NCBI GenBank assembly: GCA_963702005.1
Contig: OY969696.1
Coordinates: forward strand, 3,936,001-4,000,000
Direction of reading: 5' to 3'
Source of the DNA: Candidatus Aminicenantes bacterium
Lineage (GTDB): Bacteria; Acidobacteriota; Aminicenantia; Aminicenantales; JAFGBC01
Length of the DNA: 64,000 nt
Positions 31,989 through 42,198 of this stretch are shown here, piece after piece; position 1 is the first letter of the stretch; each line of letters starts with the position of its first letter. The notes beneath the pieces are model-generated. The model had not been told where the DNA came from and searched no databases. It saw nothing but the letters and a program-made list of their open reading frames with translations. Made by a program: the position numbers and the translations under genes.

Positions 31989-32285
31989 ATGATCGCTTCT
32001 TCCAAGCTCACTAAGAAAAACCAGACCACGTTGCCGCGGGCCGTGATTGACGCCCTAGGGGTGCGGCCTTCGGACCGAATCGTCTATGAGATTCGGGAAG
32101 GAAGCGTCGTTCTTTATCCCAAGACGGGAAATCTTGCGGATCTCAAGGGAAAATTCAAGCCTCGGGTTCCGCCTAGGGAATATCCCGTCTCCGTTGAAAG
32201 AATGCACGAGGCGGTTCAAGATACCGCGGCCGAGACGGCGGCGGGCTATAAGCCTAAACGAAAACGGTCCCAAGGATCCAGGTAG
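31989..32285 (+). CDS. AbrB/MazE-type antitoxin
   Basis: SKLTKKNQTTLPRAVIDALGVRPSDRIVYEI; upstream of a PIN gene. Confidence 0.88.
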   Translation: MIASSKLTKKNQTTLPRAVIDALGVRPSDRIVYEIREGSVVLYPKTGNLADLKGKFKPRVPPREYPVSVERMHEAVQDTAAETAAGYKPKRKRSQGSR

Positions 32286-32287
32286 CC

Positions 32288-32680
32288 GTGATAGCGCTCG
32301 ACACGAACGTCCTGGTTCGGCTTATCACCGAAGACGATCCCCTTCAAGCCCGCCGGGCCGAAAAGCTTCTCAGGGGCGAGAAAGGGCTGTTCTTTCTTCC
32401 TGATCTCGTTCTGGCTGAACTCGTCTGGGTGCTGCAGCGATCCTACGAATTTACGAAAGACGAAGTACGGTCGCTGCTCCTCGCTCTGCTGGAGCGACGC
32501 GACGTTGTCTTCGAGGATGAAGAAGGGATTCGAACCGCCCTGCGCGCCTACGAAGAAGGCTTGGATTTCGCGGACGGCCTGATCATCGCCCGCACGCGCG
32601 CGGCCGGCTGCTCCCGGCTGGCCAGCTTCGACGGACGGCTCAAGGCCCACGATCCCCGTTTTGTCGTTAAACTATCTTGA
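32288..32680 (+). CDS. vapC: VapC PIN-domain toxin
   Basis: MIALDTNVLVR, LAELVWVL, DFADGLI, SFD. Confidence 0.92.
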   Translation: MIALDTNVLVRLITEDDPLQARRAEKLLRGEKGLFFLPDLVLAELVWVLQRSYEFTKDEVRSLLLALLERRDVVFEDEEGIRTALRAYEEGLDFADGLIIARTRAAGCSRLASFDGRLKAHDPRFVVKLS

Positions 32681-32689
32681 CCTCTAACG

Positions 32690-32762
32690 GCCCAACGTTC
32701 GCGTTCACCCGCGCCGGCACATGATGACGCCAGCCGGCGTCGGGTGCAACGCGGTGTTAGAC
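32690..32762 (-). mobile_element. attC: attC site of the SET cassette
   Basis: Minus strand GTCTAAC-accgcgttgcacccgacgccggctggcgtcatcatgtgccggcgcgggtgaacgcgaac-GTTGGGC, 73 bp. Confidence 0.92.
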
Positions 32763-32772
32763 GGCAGCGGTG

Positions 32773-33276
32773 TCACGGCGCGAGGGCCAGGCGTTCTGCA
32801 TGACGACGCACAAACCACTCGGCCAGCAGCGGCCGGTATTCTCTCTGCGTTTCCGCCGGGAGAAGGAAGAAGTCGCCAACGACCGTGCCTAGACAGCGAC
32901 TGGAACCACAGTGGCACGGCCAGGCACTCCCACCGGAGTTGTTCACGTTGTAGTCGATGGTGATTTCCTCGCCTGCGGCGATAGTCCGGCGAGCGATCAC
33001 GTAGCAGGCCTCCGCCTCATAACGCACGTAGGCATTGGGATCGCACGAGTGGTTGAGGTGCCGACTCGGAAACCCGATCAGGACGACCTTGCCATCTGGA
33101 TAGTCGCAATGGTCGAACCGTTCGCCCAGTTCTTCGCGGAGCGGTGCGTCCGCAGTGATCTCGCGGACAACATTGATCCGATGGATAGACTCGCGCTCCT
33201 GAAAGCGGCGACACGCGAACAACCCCAGGCCTTCGATGGCGGACCGCTTGACGGTGACGGCGTCTGGTTGACCCAT
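32773..33276 (-). CDS. SET-domain protein with post-SET cysteines; integron cassette
   Basis: SAIEGLGLFA, LNHSCDPN, GEEITIDY, CHCGSSRC. Confidence 0.9.
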   Translation of the reverse strand: MGQPDAVTVKRSAIEGLGLFACRRFQERESIHRINVVREITADAPLREELGERFDHCDYPDGKVVLIGFPSRHLNHSCDPNAYVRYEAEACYVIARRTIAAGEEITIDYNVNNSGGSAWPCHCGSSRCLGTVVGDFFLLPAETQREYRPLLAEWFVRRHAERLALAP

Positions 33277-33306
33277 TGTTGAGTGTCTCGATTCGATGTT
33301 CCTGCC

Positions 33307-33370
33307 GTCTAACAATGATTATATAGTTTCTCTATAACACCCTTTGCCGCCAAATTGCGGCATAACACGC
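33307..33370 (-). mobile_element. attI-like site without an integrase
   Basis: Minus strand gtgttatgccg...gtgttatagagaaactatataatcatt-GTTAGACGGC. The last 10 nt are the exact complement of the cassette's own R'' (GCCGTCTAAC). Confidence 0.65.
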
Positions 33371-33452
33371 CGCGCTCGATCTCGTCGTAAACCCTGTGAT
33401 TACTACTCCGCAGAACGCCTGCGGTGGTAGCCCGGGATGATATATGGTTTTC

Positions 33453-33511
33453 GTATATATCCCCCTTTAGCATGATTAGAGATTATCATTCTGATTTTAA
33501 AGATGTCAAGA
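33453..33511 (-). promoter_or_regulatory. Second copy of the intI-upstream promoter block
   Basis: TTGACA...TGATAATCT...ATG..GGGGATAT; 44/60 match to 5249-5308. Confidence 0.65.
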
Positions 33512-33578
33512 GCCCAAACCGGTCCGAAAACAAGGCATGTTCCGACTGCTCGAAGACGCGGGAATACGGCACCCGATT

Positions 33579-34232
33579 TCATTCGCCGAACATCTCGGTG
33601 ATAAGCCGCCGGAGGGCGGAGGCCTCGTCATTGGAGAGAGATTCGATCCTTGGGCCTAAGCGACTTTTACTGACGGTTCGGATCTGATCGACCGCGACCT
33701 CAGCCGGCTGGCCCGCGCACTGAATCGGCAGCCGGCATCTCCAGGCCGGATGAAGCTGGCTGGTGATCGGGCAGATCGTCACGGTTTGAAGCCGCTTATT
33801 CAGGTCATCCAGGCTGACGATAACCACCGGTCTGGTCTTGGCCATTTCTGCTCCACGAGCGGGATCTAAAAGCGCCCAGCGCACTTCATAGCGTTTGACG
33901 GCTTCCTTGCGGGGGTGGAGCTTCGATCCGTATGGAGTTCTCTTTTCCCTGACCCTCCTCCCTATCGACGCTTGCCAGGGGACAGAATCCAATCCGTCCG
34001 TGTCCAAAACGTCCCATTCGCTCCAATCTTGGTTCGCGGCCGACATCTCCCGGGCCGTATCTTCCCAACTGAGCTTCTCGACGGCAGGTCCCGCGGGCCG
34101 GAGAAGGATCCCCTCGGATCGTTCTTCCATGACCAGCACGGAACCCACGGCATATCGTTTCAACGACGAGGCCGGCAGGCGGACCCCACGGGAGTTTCCG
34201 ATCCGAGCGACTTTCAGCTCCTGGGTTTTCAT
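33579..34232 (-). CDS. Fused AbrB/MazE antitoxin - PemK/MazF toxin
   Basis: N-terminal ARIGNSRGVRLP; C-terminal LDPARGAEMAKTRPVVIVS...PITS...DQIRTVSKSRL; no internal stop; TTGACA-17-TACAGT promoter and AGGAGG RBS. Confidence 0.88.
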   Translation of the reverse strand: MKTQELKVARIGNSRGVRLPASSLKRYAVGSVLVMEERSEGILLRPAGPAVEKLSWEDTAREMSAANQDWSEWDVLDTDGLDSVPWQASIGRRVREKRTPYGSKLHPRKEAVKRYEVRWALLDPARGAEMAKTRPVVIVSLDDLNKRLQTVTICPITSQLHPAWRCRLPIQCAGQPAEVAVDQIRTVSKSRLGPRIESLSNDEASALRRLITEMFGE

Positions 34233-34458
34233 TTTCGGCCCTCCTTTGATTAAACTTCGATGTTATTACTGTAGTTACATTGGGGAGGAATGTCAAGGCC
34301 TGAATCAAATCCTTAGCGCTACTTCTTGAGAAAGAGCCACGTCCACGCCCGCAGCGACGGCATCATCCTCCGCGTCAACGGCTATGCCTTTCTCAAGCGA
34401 AAGGGACGACAGCCGGCCCTGGATTGTACCGGGATCAAGACGGTTAAGGACGATCACT

Positions 34459-34507
34459 GTGTTGCGGAGCGTAGCGGAGCGACGTCGGTTGCGACCCGTT
34501 GCTAGGT
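34459..34507 (-). mobile_element. Degenerate half attC
   Basis: ACCTAGC-aacgggtcgcaaccgacgtcgctccgctacgctccgc overlapping the stop codon; right arm absent. Confidence 0.45.
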
Positions 34508-35428
34508 TTTGCTGCTATGCTCCACAGTTATGACTACATTTCCCTTTTTGTGCCCTATTTCGACATACCTGTGTGCCTCGATAATTTGTTCCAAGGGATA
34601 GCGTCTATCTATGACCGATTTTATTTTTCCTGCCTCAATAAGCTTTTTGAGGAAGACTAGATCTTCGGTCTTTTCCTTTCCTGAAGATCCCAATACAGAA
34701 AGAAAGACTCCTTTCTCATTCAGCGATCTCTTGCTTCGTGAAGACGAACTCTTGCCTACCGCGTCAAAAATAACATCATAGGTCTCGCCACTTTGGGCAA
34801 AATCCTCTTTAGTGTAATCAATGACCTTATCCGCTCCCAGAGCTTTCACCCACTCTAGATTCGTGGCACTGCATACCCCCGTAACCTCTGCTCCCAAATA
34901 CTTTGCAATCTGCACCGCAAAAGAACCTACGCTTCCAGAAGATCCATAGATCAGAACTTTCTGCCCCTTCTGGATGTTTCCTTTTCTAAGAAAACGTAAT
35001 GCTGTAGGTCCCCCAACAGGAACGGCTGCGGCCTCCTCAAAGGTCATATCGGTCGGTTTAACTGCCAGCATCCCGTCTTCAGGAAAGCATTTGTACTCGG
35101 CATAACCACCAAAACTCACTCCGAAGGTAGATGCAAAAACCTGATCGCCTTTCTTAAACAGCTTTACATCTTTGCCTACGGATTCAATTTCCCCGGCTAA
35201 CTCCATCCCCAGTATAGATCTCTTCGGTTTTCTAATACCTAAATATATTCGCGCGAAGAGCCATTGCCCGCGAGGAACTCTAAAACTTCGCATTCTCACA
35301 TCCCCTGCCGTTACTGTTGTTGCACAGACTTTCACAAGTACTTCATTTTCCTTGGGGGTTGGTTTTTCTACTTCTTTGAGCTGAAGAACATCCGGTGGCC
35401 CATATTTTGCGTATACAATCGCTTTCAT
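34502..35428 (-). CDS. NAD(P)-dependent MDR-family oxidoreductase
   Basis: [40 protein letters not shown]; markedly lower GC than its neighbours. Confidence 0.92.
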   Translation of the reverse strand: MKAIVYAKYGPPDVLQLKEVEKPTPKENEVLVKVCATTVTAGDVRMRSFRVPRGQWLFARIYLGIRKPKRSILGMELAGEIESVGKDVKLFKKGDQVFASTFGVSFGGYAEYKCFPEDGMLAVKPTDMTFEEAAAVPVGGPTALRFLRKGNIQKGQKVLIYGSSGSVGSFAVQIAKYLGAEVTGVCSATNLEWVKALGADKVIDYTKEDFAQSGETYDVIFDAVGKSSSSRSKRSLNEKGVFLSVLGSSGKEKTEDLVFLKKLIEAGKIKSVIDRRYPLEQIIEAHRYVEIGHKKGNVVITVEHSSKT

Positions 35429-35610
35429 GAGTCTTCTCCAAATTTACTTTGGTGTCGTCTTCGCGCTGTTGCCCATCATCCCAACCCAAGATCTGAAGCT
35501 CTTCAGGGTCGGATCAGCTTTAAAACAGGCTCGAGGCGCGGTCCGGGGACATTATCAGCTCTCAGTTCTGCGGAAAGCGCTCGGCGATAATCCGGGGACA
35601 GGGTTGAGCG

Positions 35611-37710
35611 TCACCGTATAACGATCTCGACCATGCCGAGCTTTTCCAGGAACTTTATGTAATTTTCGACCTCGACGACCGGGATCGGTTCGTACTCCGC
35701 CGAGACGGCGTCCCGGATCTCGAGGATCGACCGCTTCCCGTCGATGAAATTGCGGGCCTCGAACTCGCCCTCGCCAAGGTTGTACTTGGGAAGGTCCTTC
35801 CGCCCCCGGATCTTGTCCCCGAGCCGCCAGAAATCGAGGATCGTGCCCATCTTGGCCGTCCGGCGCGGCACGAGCCCCGCCAGCCGCGTTTCGTCTTTGG
35901 TCGGAGAGGGCAGCACGGCCGGCTTAACCTTGAGGGCGGCGCAGCGCCTCGCAAAAACGCCCTCGAGGTCCTGGAGAAACGGCCCCTCGATTTCAGCGAA
36001 GGCTTCGACCTTCTTCTGGAGGGCCGCTTCGGCGGAGGCGTTTCCCTTGGCGAAGAAGCGGATGGATGCCAGAGCGTCCTTCTCCCTGGCCACGGACTGA
36101 CGGACGACGTTCAAGGCTTCCTTATGAGCGGCGGCAACGTCCTTGGCGCCGGCCGCGGCGATCATCCGCTCGGCCCTGAGCCTCTCCTTCCCGATTCGTG
36201 CCGAAGCCCGCGCCTGAACCTCGCCCGCGATCCGGTCGACATCCTCGGGGCCGGCGTTGGCCAGGAACAGGGCGGCCGCCGCTCCCAAAATCCCGACCCG
36301 CTTGAGCTGGGTCGAGTCGGACTTGTCGGGGGTATCGCCGCTGGTGTGATACCACATGTCGGGCCAGACGATGAACATGACCGCGGGGACGCGAACGCCG
36401 CCGTCGATAAACACGACGTGATCGCTCCCGCCCGTGAAGCGGCTCACGGAGCAGTAGAACGGATCCCGCGTCCCGGTCGGGGAGGCGATCAGATACGGCA
36501 CCCCCCAGGTCTCGGTCGAGTTCCTCTGAGTCAAGCCCATCCACTCGACGAAGGACTCGACGACGTCGCCCAGGTAGCTGGGGATCGAATAAGGCGACCG
36601 TTCGAGATAGAACGTGCCGTTGTTCTTAACGATGGCCTCGCCGACCATGTCCTCGTTGATGTTGGCGAAAAAGCGGCGGGCGACATCGGGATACTTCTTG
36701 ATGTAGGCGGCCGTCCCGTCGATCTCGGGCACCATCAGGAAGCGGACCGAACGGCGCAGGGGCGGGATAAGGCCTTTTTCGGTCAGCGTCTTGAGGGCCC
36801 GGGCCGTCTCGAGGATGGCGACGCAGCCGCTGACGTCGTCGTTGGCGCCCTGCTTGGCGAAGCCCTCAAAGAGGTGGGCCGTGAAGACGAGCTCCTCGTC
36901 GGGACGGTCCTTCCCCTTGAGGACGGCCTCGACCATTTCTTCCTTGTAGGGGACCATCCGGGTTTTGACCGAGGCCTTGAGCACGATCTTGACGCCGCGC
37001 TCGAGCTGGTCGCGGAGCTCCTGGCCGGTTCGCTGGGAGACCATGAATCCGAAGGTCTTGGCGGCCTTTTCGGAATTATCGATATGGCCCCAGCCGACCT
37101 CGTCCTGGTCGAATTCGGGATGGGACGAGGAAAAGCCGACCAGGCCGACCGCCCCGTATTTCTCGACGGCCAGCCTCTGGGCCCGTCCGGGCGAGCCGTT
37201 GACGAGGGCGATTTTTCCCTTGAGCTTTTTCCCCTGGTAGCCCTCGGCCTGCCAGCCGGGGCCGACGTAGACGAGCTCGGCCGTGACCTCGGCCGAGGAG
37301 CTGCCCGGGCAGATGGAGGCAGCGATCTCCTTGAGGTCCGCGATTTTCTCCTTGGAGGGCTCGATCATCACAAGCTCGGCCGACTCGGCGTCCCAGGTCT
37401 CCTTGTCCTCGGTCGGAAGGTCGACGATGGCCGCATCCTTGATCCCGTATTCCTTGAGCCTGTCAATGAGGAAGCTGGTCTCGAAGTAGCCCTTGAAGTA
37501 TTCATCGGGCTTCCGGTTGCGGTTGACCCCGCTCAGATAGATCTCGTTCTGGAGGGCCAGGTCTCCCGACACCTCGAGGATGATCGAATCCAGGACGTCG
37601 AGGGAGAGGAGGGCGGGCGGGACATCGCTCCTCTGCTGGGCCGGGACGGGAACCGCGAACGCGGCGATGAGAAGAAGAATGAGGCCGGGGCCGAAGACCT
37701 TCCGATTCAT
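35611..37710 (-). CDS. Secreted M28 family peptidase with PA domain (DUF4910-like)
   Basis: TAHL, GANDDVSG, PEIDG, NEDMVG, GSDH, YHTSGD. Confidence 0.88.
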   Translation of the reverse strand: MNRKVFGPGLILLLIAAFAVPVPAQQRSDVPPALLSLDVLDSIILEVSGDLALQNEIYLSGVNRNRKPDEYFKGYFETSFLIDRLKEYGIKDAAIVDLPTEDKETWDAESAELVMIEPSKEKIADLKEIAASICPGSSSAEVTAELVYVGPGWQAEGYQGKKLKGKIALVNGSPGRAQRLAVEKYGAVGLVGFSSSHPEFDQDEVGWGHIDNSEKAAKTFGFMVSQRTGQELRDQLERGVKIVLKASVKTRMVPYKEEMVEAVLKGKDRPDEELVFTAHLFEGFAKQGANDDVSGCVAILETARALKTLTEKGLIPPLRRSVRFLMVPEIDGTAAYIKKYPDVARRFFANINEDMVGEAIVKNNGTFYLERSPYSIPSYLGDVVESFVEWMGLTQRNSTETWGVPYLIASPTGTRDPFYCSVSRFTGGSDHVVFIDGGVRVPAVMFIVWPDMWYHTSGDTPDKSDSTQLKRVGILGAAAALFLANAGPEDVDRIAGEVQARASARIGKERLRAERMIAAAGAKDVAAAHKEALNVVRQSVAREKDALASIRFFAKGNASAEAALQKKVEAFAEIEGPFLQDLEGVFARRCAALKVKPAVLPSPTKDETRLAGLVPRRTAKMGTILDFWRLGDKIRGRKDLPKYNLGEGEFEARNFIDGKRSILEIRDAVSAEYEPIPVVEVENYIKFLEKLGMVEIVIR

Positions 37711-37779
37711 GATTGTCTCCTTTGTCTAATGATCCGCTTCATTCAATGTGCCGAGTCGTGAAGATTCTTGGCGATTTTC

Positions 37780-39822
37780 TCACAGTTGCTTTCTGATAAC
37801 GCCTCCCCCATCCAATCCGAGATAAAGGATTTTTTGGGCTTCATTATAGGCTAGGCTCATGCATTCCCTCAAGGAAATATCGGCATAACTAATGCTGTCC
37901 CATGTCTTCCCCCGGTCCTTGCTTACCTGAACCTCATTCCCTCCGACGATGATCTCCCCATGCGAGCTCTTGGAGATAAACATGGCATGGGCAGGCTGCG
38001 TTAGAAGCTTTTTCCAGCCGGCCCCGCCGTTCCCGCTCTTATAGAATCCGCCGTAGCCGCAGCAGAGATAAATGTTGTTTGTATTCAGAGGATCGATTTT
38101 CATATCATCGATGTCGTCGAAGTCACCGGCCTTTGTGTTTCCCCAGCTGGATCCGCCGTCGATGCTTTTGACGAGTTTGCAGCGATTCGAGGCGTAATCC
38201 AAATAGCCCATGTAAATAACCTTTTCGCGGACGGGATCTACGGCAATGGCCCGGGCATAGGAATCGGCCGAATTCGCCCGGACCGTCGTCCAGGTCGCCC
38301 CGCCGTCCTTGGAAAAAAATAGAGCCAAAGCGTTATATGAGCCTTGAGGCCCGCTGGCCGGGACCATCCCCGCGCAAAAAATATGTTCGGGATTCCGGGC
38401 AGACCGGTAAAGATCCTGCAAAGTCCCGGATTTGAGCTGCTTGAAAGTCCTTCCTCCATCTACAGACCTGTAGATGCCGTCGCCCGCTCAGCCCCCGGAC
38501 AGGACAATGACATCCTTGGCGTTCGTGGGATGGACCGCGATCTTGAAGTATCCGCCGCAGTTGCTGAGCTCGGTCAGGCGCTCCCAAGATTTTCCGCCGT
38601 TCGGCGTCTTAAAAAAACCAAGTTGGCGGGCTTGGGCATAGAGAATATCGGGGGCGGAGGGAGCCGCCGCAACCGCGGGGATGACGGACTCTCGGATTCC
38701 GGAATGAGCGGCCCGCCATAAGAGCCCCCCGTTAGTGCTCCGAAAAACGCCTCCGAGCGATCCGAAAAAGACCGTTTGTCCAGGATTCGGTCCTTTATCG
38801 ATGACGAGCATTTTCAAGCATTCCCCGTAAACGCCGGAGGACCGGACCCAAGCGACGCCGCCGTCCGAGCTTTTTGAAACGGAATTGTCGAAGTCCGCTC
38901 CGGCATAAAGAATATCGGGATTCGAGCCGTCGACGGCAAGGTCGCCGGCATCGAAGCTGGTCGCGGTTGTCTGCCAAGTCAATCCGCCGTCCTGGCTTCT
39001 CTCGACGCCGAGGCCGGTTGCCACCCAAACCCGATTCGAGTCGCCGGGATGAACGACAATGGAGTACGCAGAATAACGATCATCCCAGGGCAAAATACGC
39101 CAATCTTCTCCTCCGTTTGTGGATTTGAAGATCCCATACTTCGCCGTATGCGGCCCGATGCCGTAATAGCCGTCAATATATAGAACGTTAGGGCTGGAGA
39201 GGCTCATGGCGAATCCCATGGTATCGCCATAGTAGGATCCCTTGCTGACGAGATGGGTCTTCCAGGTTTTTCCGCCATCGACGGATTTAAAAAAAGCGAT
39301 GCCCTCCCGCCAGGGATTCGAGCGGTAATCATAATTTCCTGAAGCATAAATAATATTCGAATTCGAGGGATGAACGAAGACCTTGCCCAAGCGTCCGCTC
39401 CTGCCGGCTCCAAGAGAATAACGCTGCCAACAGGGTTGCCCGCGTTCATGCGCGTCCGCCTCTTCGGCGCCGGTCAGCGATATATAAAAGCCCATCTCGC
39501 CCAACGCATAGGCGATTTTGGGGTTTTTCGGATTCAGCGCAAAATCATAAATCGTATCCGGGATCGAGGAGACCTTGGACCAGGTCCCCCCTCCATCGAG
39601 AGTTTTATAGACCGTTACCGAATATTCTCCGACAACGGCATAGACGACCTTCGGCTTGGCGGGATGGTAGGCCAAAGAATGGACTCGCCCCCCCTCCGGT
39701 CCGGCGCCGACCCAAGGACTCGAGGAGGATGACCTCGATTGCAGGGAAGCCGCCGTGATCGCAAATCCCAAGACTATCAGGACAACCCCCTTCTTGGGGA
39801 TTGGCTTGACTTCCATGGTCAT
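37780..39822 (-). CDS. Secreted BNR/Asp-box beta-propeller protein with in-frame TGA (probable Sec445), 680 aa
   Basis: ORFs 38488-39822 and 37780-38421 are in the same frame. Read-through gives VLSGG-TGA-AGDGIYRSVDGGRTFKQ, and S.DGG.TW repeats occur on both sides. Confidence 0.8.
38457..38476 (-). promoter_or_regulatory. Bacterial SECIS-like hairpin
   Basis: UGA + 11 nt + CAUCUACA-GGUC-UGUAGAUG (perfect 8-bp stem, G-first loop). Confidence 0.78.
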
Positions 39823-39975
39823 TCACCTCAACTGAACATGCTTGACGGCAAGATGACCTTATCATGACTCAACCTTAGTATCAATCCCCGACTCATGGAT
39901 CCCATTAGGCTAAAAAATTACGATAGGCGGACGGGGCGAATTTTGGTATAATCTCCCTGGCCAAAGGAGGCTCGG

Positions 39976-40557
39976 ATGGTAGCGGTTTCAACCCTGAAAA
40001 TCATCGTCCTGGTCCTTCTCGCCCTGTCCCTGTTCAGCCTGGTCCGGATCTTGATCCATAAGGAAAAAGAGTCCATAATCCGGGCCCTTATCATCTGCGC
40101 CGCCTTAGGCGCGATCATGTTCGGGATCTCAACTATCAAAGCCGAGAAGGTTTCCGTATCCCTCGGACAGCTCAAGCGCCTCATCTTCCCGGCTAAAACC
40201 GAGGAGTGGGAATACATCGTGGATAAGGGGAGTTTCCAGGGAAGGCCGCAGACCCGCTACATATTCCCCGAGCCGGGGCCGCAGCTCAATCTCACCATGG
40301 ATCCCCAGGGCGGCACCTTCAGCATCACCGACGTCAGCGTGGTCAACACCGTCCTCGAATACCTCGGCCTTCCACCCGTCGAGGAGGGCGTCCCGGAGCT
40401 GTCCACGATCACGGGGTCCTCGCTCAACATCAACACTTACCGCTGGGACGACTATCCCCAGGGAATCCTCATCCTCGAGCGAGGCCTGTGCCGGAAGCTC
40501 GACACCCTCAACACCTACCCCTGCATAGCCAGCATCACGATCCGGGCGCGCGGCTGA
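39976..40557 (+). CDS. Hypothetical membrane-anchored protein
   Basis: AGGAGG RBS, two N-terminal TMs, host-like codon usage. Confidence 0.75.
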   Translation: MVAVSTLKIIVLVLLALSLFSLVRILIHKEKESIIRALIICAALGAIMFGISTIKAEKVSVSLGQLKRLIFPAKTEEWEYIVDKGSFQGRPQTRYIFPEPGPQLNLTMDPQGGTFSITDVSVVNTVLEYLGLPPVEEGVPELSTITGSSLNINTYRWDDYPQGILILERGLCRKLDTLNTYPCIASITIRARG

Positions 40558-40602
40558 GATTTCGCTGCCGTCTTCCCGACGGCAACCGCAAAGAGAACTA
40601 GC

Positions 40603-42063
40603 TTAACGGTACCGCCGGGCGAGTTCCGCCGCGGACGTTCCGGCGGCGATGAGCTCGGCCGCTCGGGCCGTGAATACCCACTCCTCGAAGAGCTTGTCGA
40701 GGTTGATTTCAGACCTTTTTTTTATGAAGTCGACGAATTGCCGGGCCGTAGCGCCCGTGTCGAAATAACCGCGATAGAAATCTCCGATCGTTTCCAGGAA
40801 TGCTTCTTCCCCCAGCGTCCGGTACAGAAGATAGAAGAAGACCTGACCCATGCGGTAGGAAAGATCCGTCAATTGTTTGACCCCGTAATCGATCATCGGG
40901 GTCTCTTTCCAGCCGGGATGCTCGCGAAATGTTTCGGCCATCCGGACGAGCGATTCGCCGACCGCTTTCTCGACAGCCCCATTGTTGTCCTCCAGCTTTT
41001 CCTGAACGAAGTGCTGGAGAAACATGGCCAGCCCCTCGCTCTCGAAACGGGGAGGAAGGGGATCCTTGGCTTCCACGTTCCAGAGGTGGGAAAGTTCATG
41101 ATAGAACGAGTAACGGCCGGAGGGGTTCTTGAACGCGCCGGCCTCCTGGATGATAGCGGCGACATCGGCTTGGGAGCCGAAGCCGTCCGGAATCTCGATG
41201 ACGGTCAACCCCCGAAAAACCTTGAGCGGTCCGAACCAACGGGAGTAGAGTTCCATCGTCCTCGTCAGGCTCGCGAGGAGCTCTCCCGCCCCCTTGACAT
41301 CCTCGGGAAAAGCGAATATCCGGAGTCGTCCCCCCTCCCCTTCAAGGATGGTGTATTTCGAAACGGCCAGGTCAATGCGCCAGGACGGGACTTTGTCTCG
41401 GTAGACCCAAGTCGTCCGGCCGTCTTTGTCCTCCTTCGAGATCAAATCTCCGCCGTTGGCGACGACGAGCGAGGAGGGAACCGTAAGCGAAACCCGATAT
41501 CCGAAATCATCCAGGCCCTGGGCCCGGTTCGTCAGCCAGGAGGGGACCCCGATCTGCGGAAAAGCGTAGCTGTCCGAGCGGATCAAGGTCAGCTCCCGGC
41601 TGACGCGGTCCTTAACGTATCGCATCGCTTCGGCGTAGCCCAGAAGGAGCCCGCCATACCGAATCCGGAGCGTGGCCTGTTTCCCCGGTCCGAGGAGCGG
41701 ATCGATTCTGACCCGAATGTGGTTGACCTGCAATTCCCTCCAGTCCTCGAAGATCTTGACGTTCTGGGTAAACTCGAGTGGGGTCCCCTTTTCGTCCGTC
41801 ACCGAGGAAACCTCCATGAGGCGGTAGAGATTCAGGGGAATGACCGAGATGGGCTGATCGCCGCCGTTCTTCACGGTCAATGAGCAATCGCCGGCGATGG
41901 CGCCCGATTCGAAGTCAATGTCGATCTTGAGGTCGTAGTAAAGCGGCTTGGGAAGGACCGCGATGTCTTCGGTTGGAGAGAAGCCCAAAGCCGGCGCCGG
42001 TCGCGGACATGCCGCTATAAGGAGGCCGGACAAACATGCGAGGAGAGACAGCCGTTTTTGCAT
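40603..42063 (-). CDS. Secreted M1-like (gluzincin) aminopeptidase
   Basis: YHELSHLW...ESEGLA; YDLKIDID N-terminal domain. Confidence 0.82.
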   Translation of the reverse strand: MQKRLSLLACLSGLLIAACPRPAPALGFSPTEDIAVLPKPLYYDLKIDIDFESGAIAGDCSLTVKNGGDQPISVIPLNLYRLMEVSSVTDEKGTPLEFTQNVKIFEDWRELQVNHIRVRIDPLLGPGKQATLRIRYGGLLLGYAEAMRYVKDRVSRELTLIRSDSYAFPQIGVPSWLTNRAQGLDDFGYRVSLTVPSSLVVANGGDLISKEDKDGRTTWVYRDKVPSWRIDLAVSKYTILEGEGGRLRIFAFPEDVKGAGELLASLTRTMELYSRWFGPLKVFRGLTVIEIPDGFGSQADVAAIIQEAGAFKNPSGRYSFYHELSHLWNVEAKDPLPPRFESEGLAMFLQHFVQEKLEDNNGAVEKAVGESLVRMAETFREHPGWKETPMIDYGVKQLTDLSYRMGQVFFYLLYRTLGEEAFLETIGDFYRGYFDTGATARQFVDFIKKRSEINLDKLFEEWVFTARAAELIAAGTSAAELARRYR

Positions 42064-42198
42064 TTTTAGACTCCTCGCTTAGTCTATCATGATTTCCTTC
42101 CGCTATTAAGGTTCGTTCTTGTCCATTCTCGTTCGTTCTCGTTTTTGACAAAGGGTCCAAAAATAGTCTAAATTGACCCCTTCCGGATTGGAACGACC

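Noticed and set aside
34325-34458. Short open stretch (…DGIILRVNGYAFLKRK…) between the fused TA gene and the half attC
   Set aside because: No start or recognisable family; probably debris.
38488-38490. Genome-wide TGA recoding (code 4 or 25) as the explanation for the in-frame TGA
   Set aside because: ftsH, cdaA, glmM and pdxJ end normally at TGA, so TGA is a stop codon in this genome.
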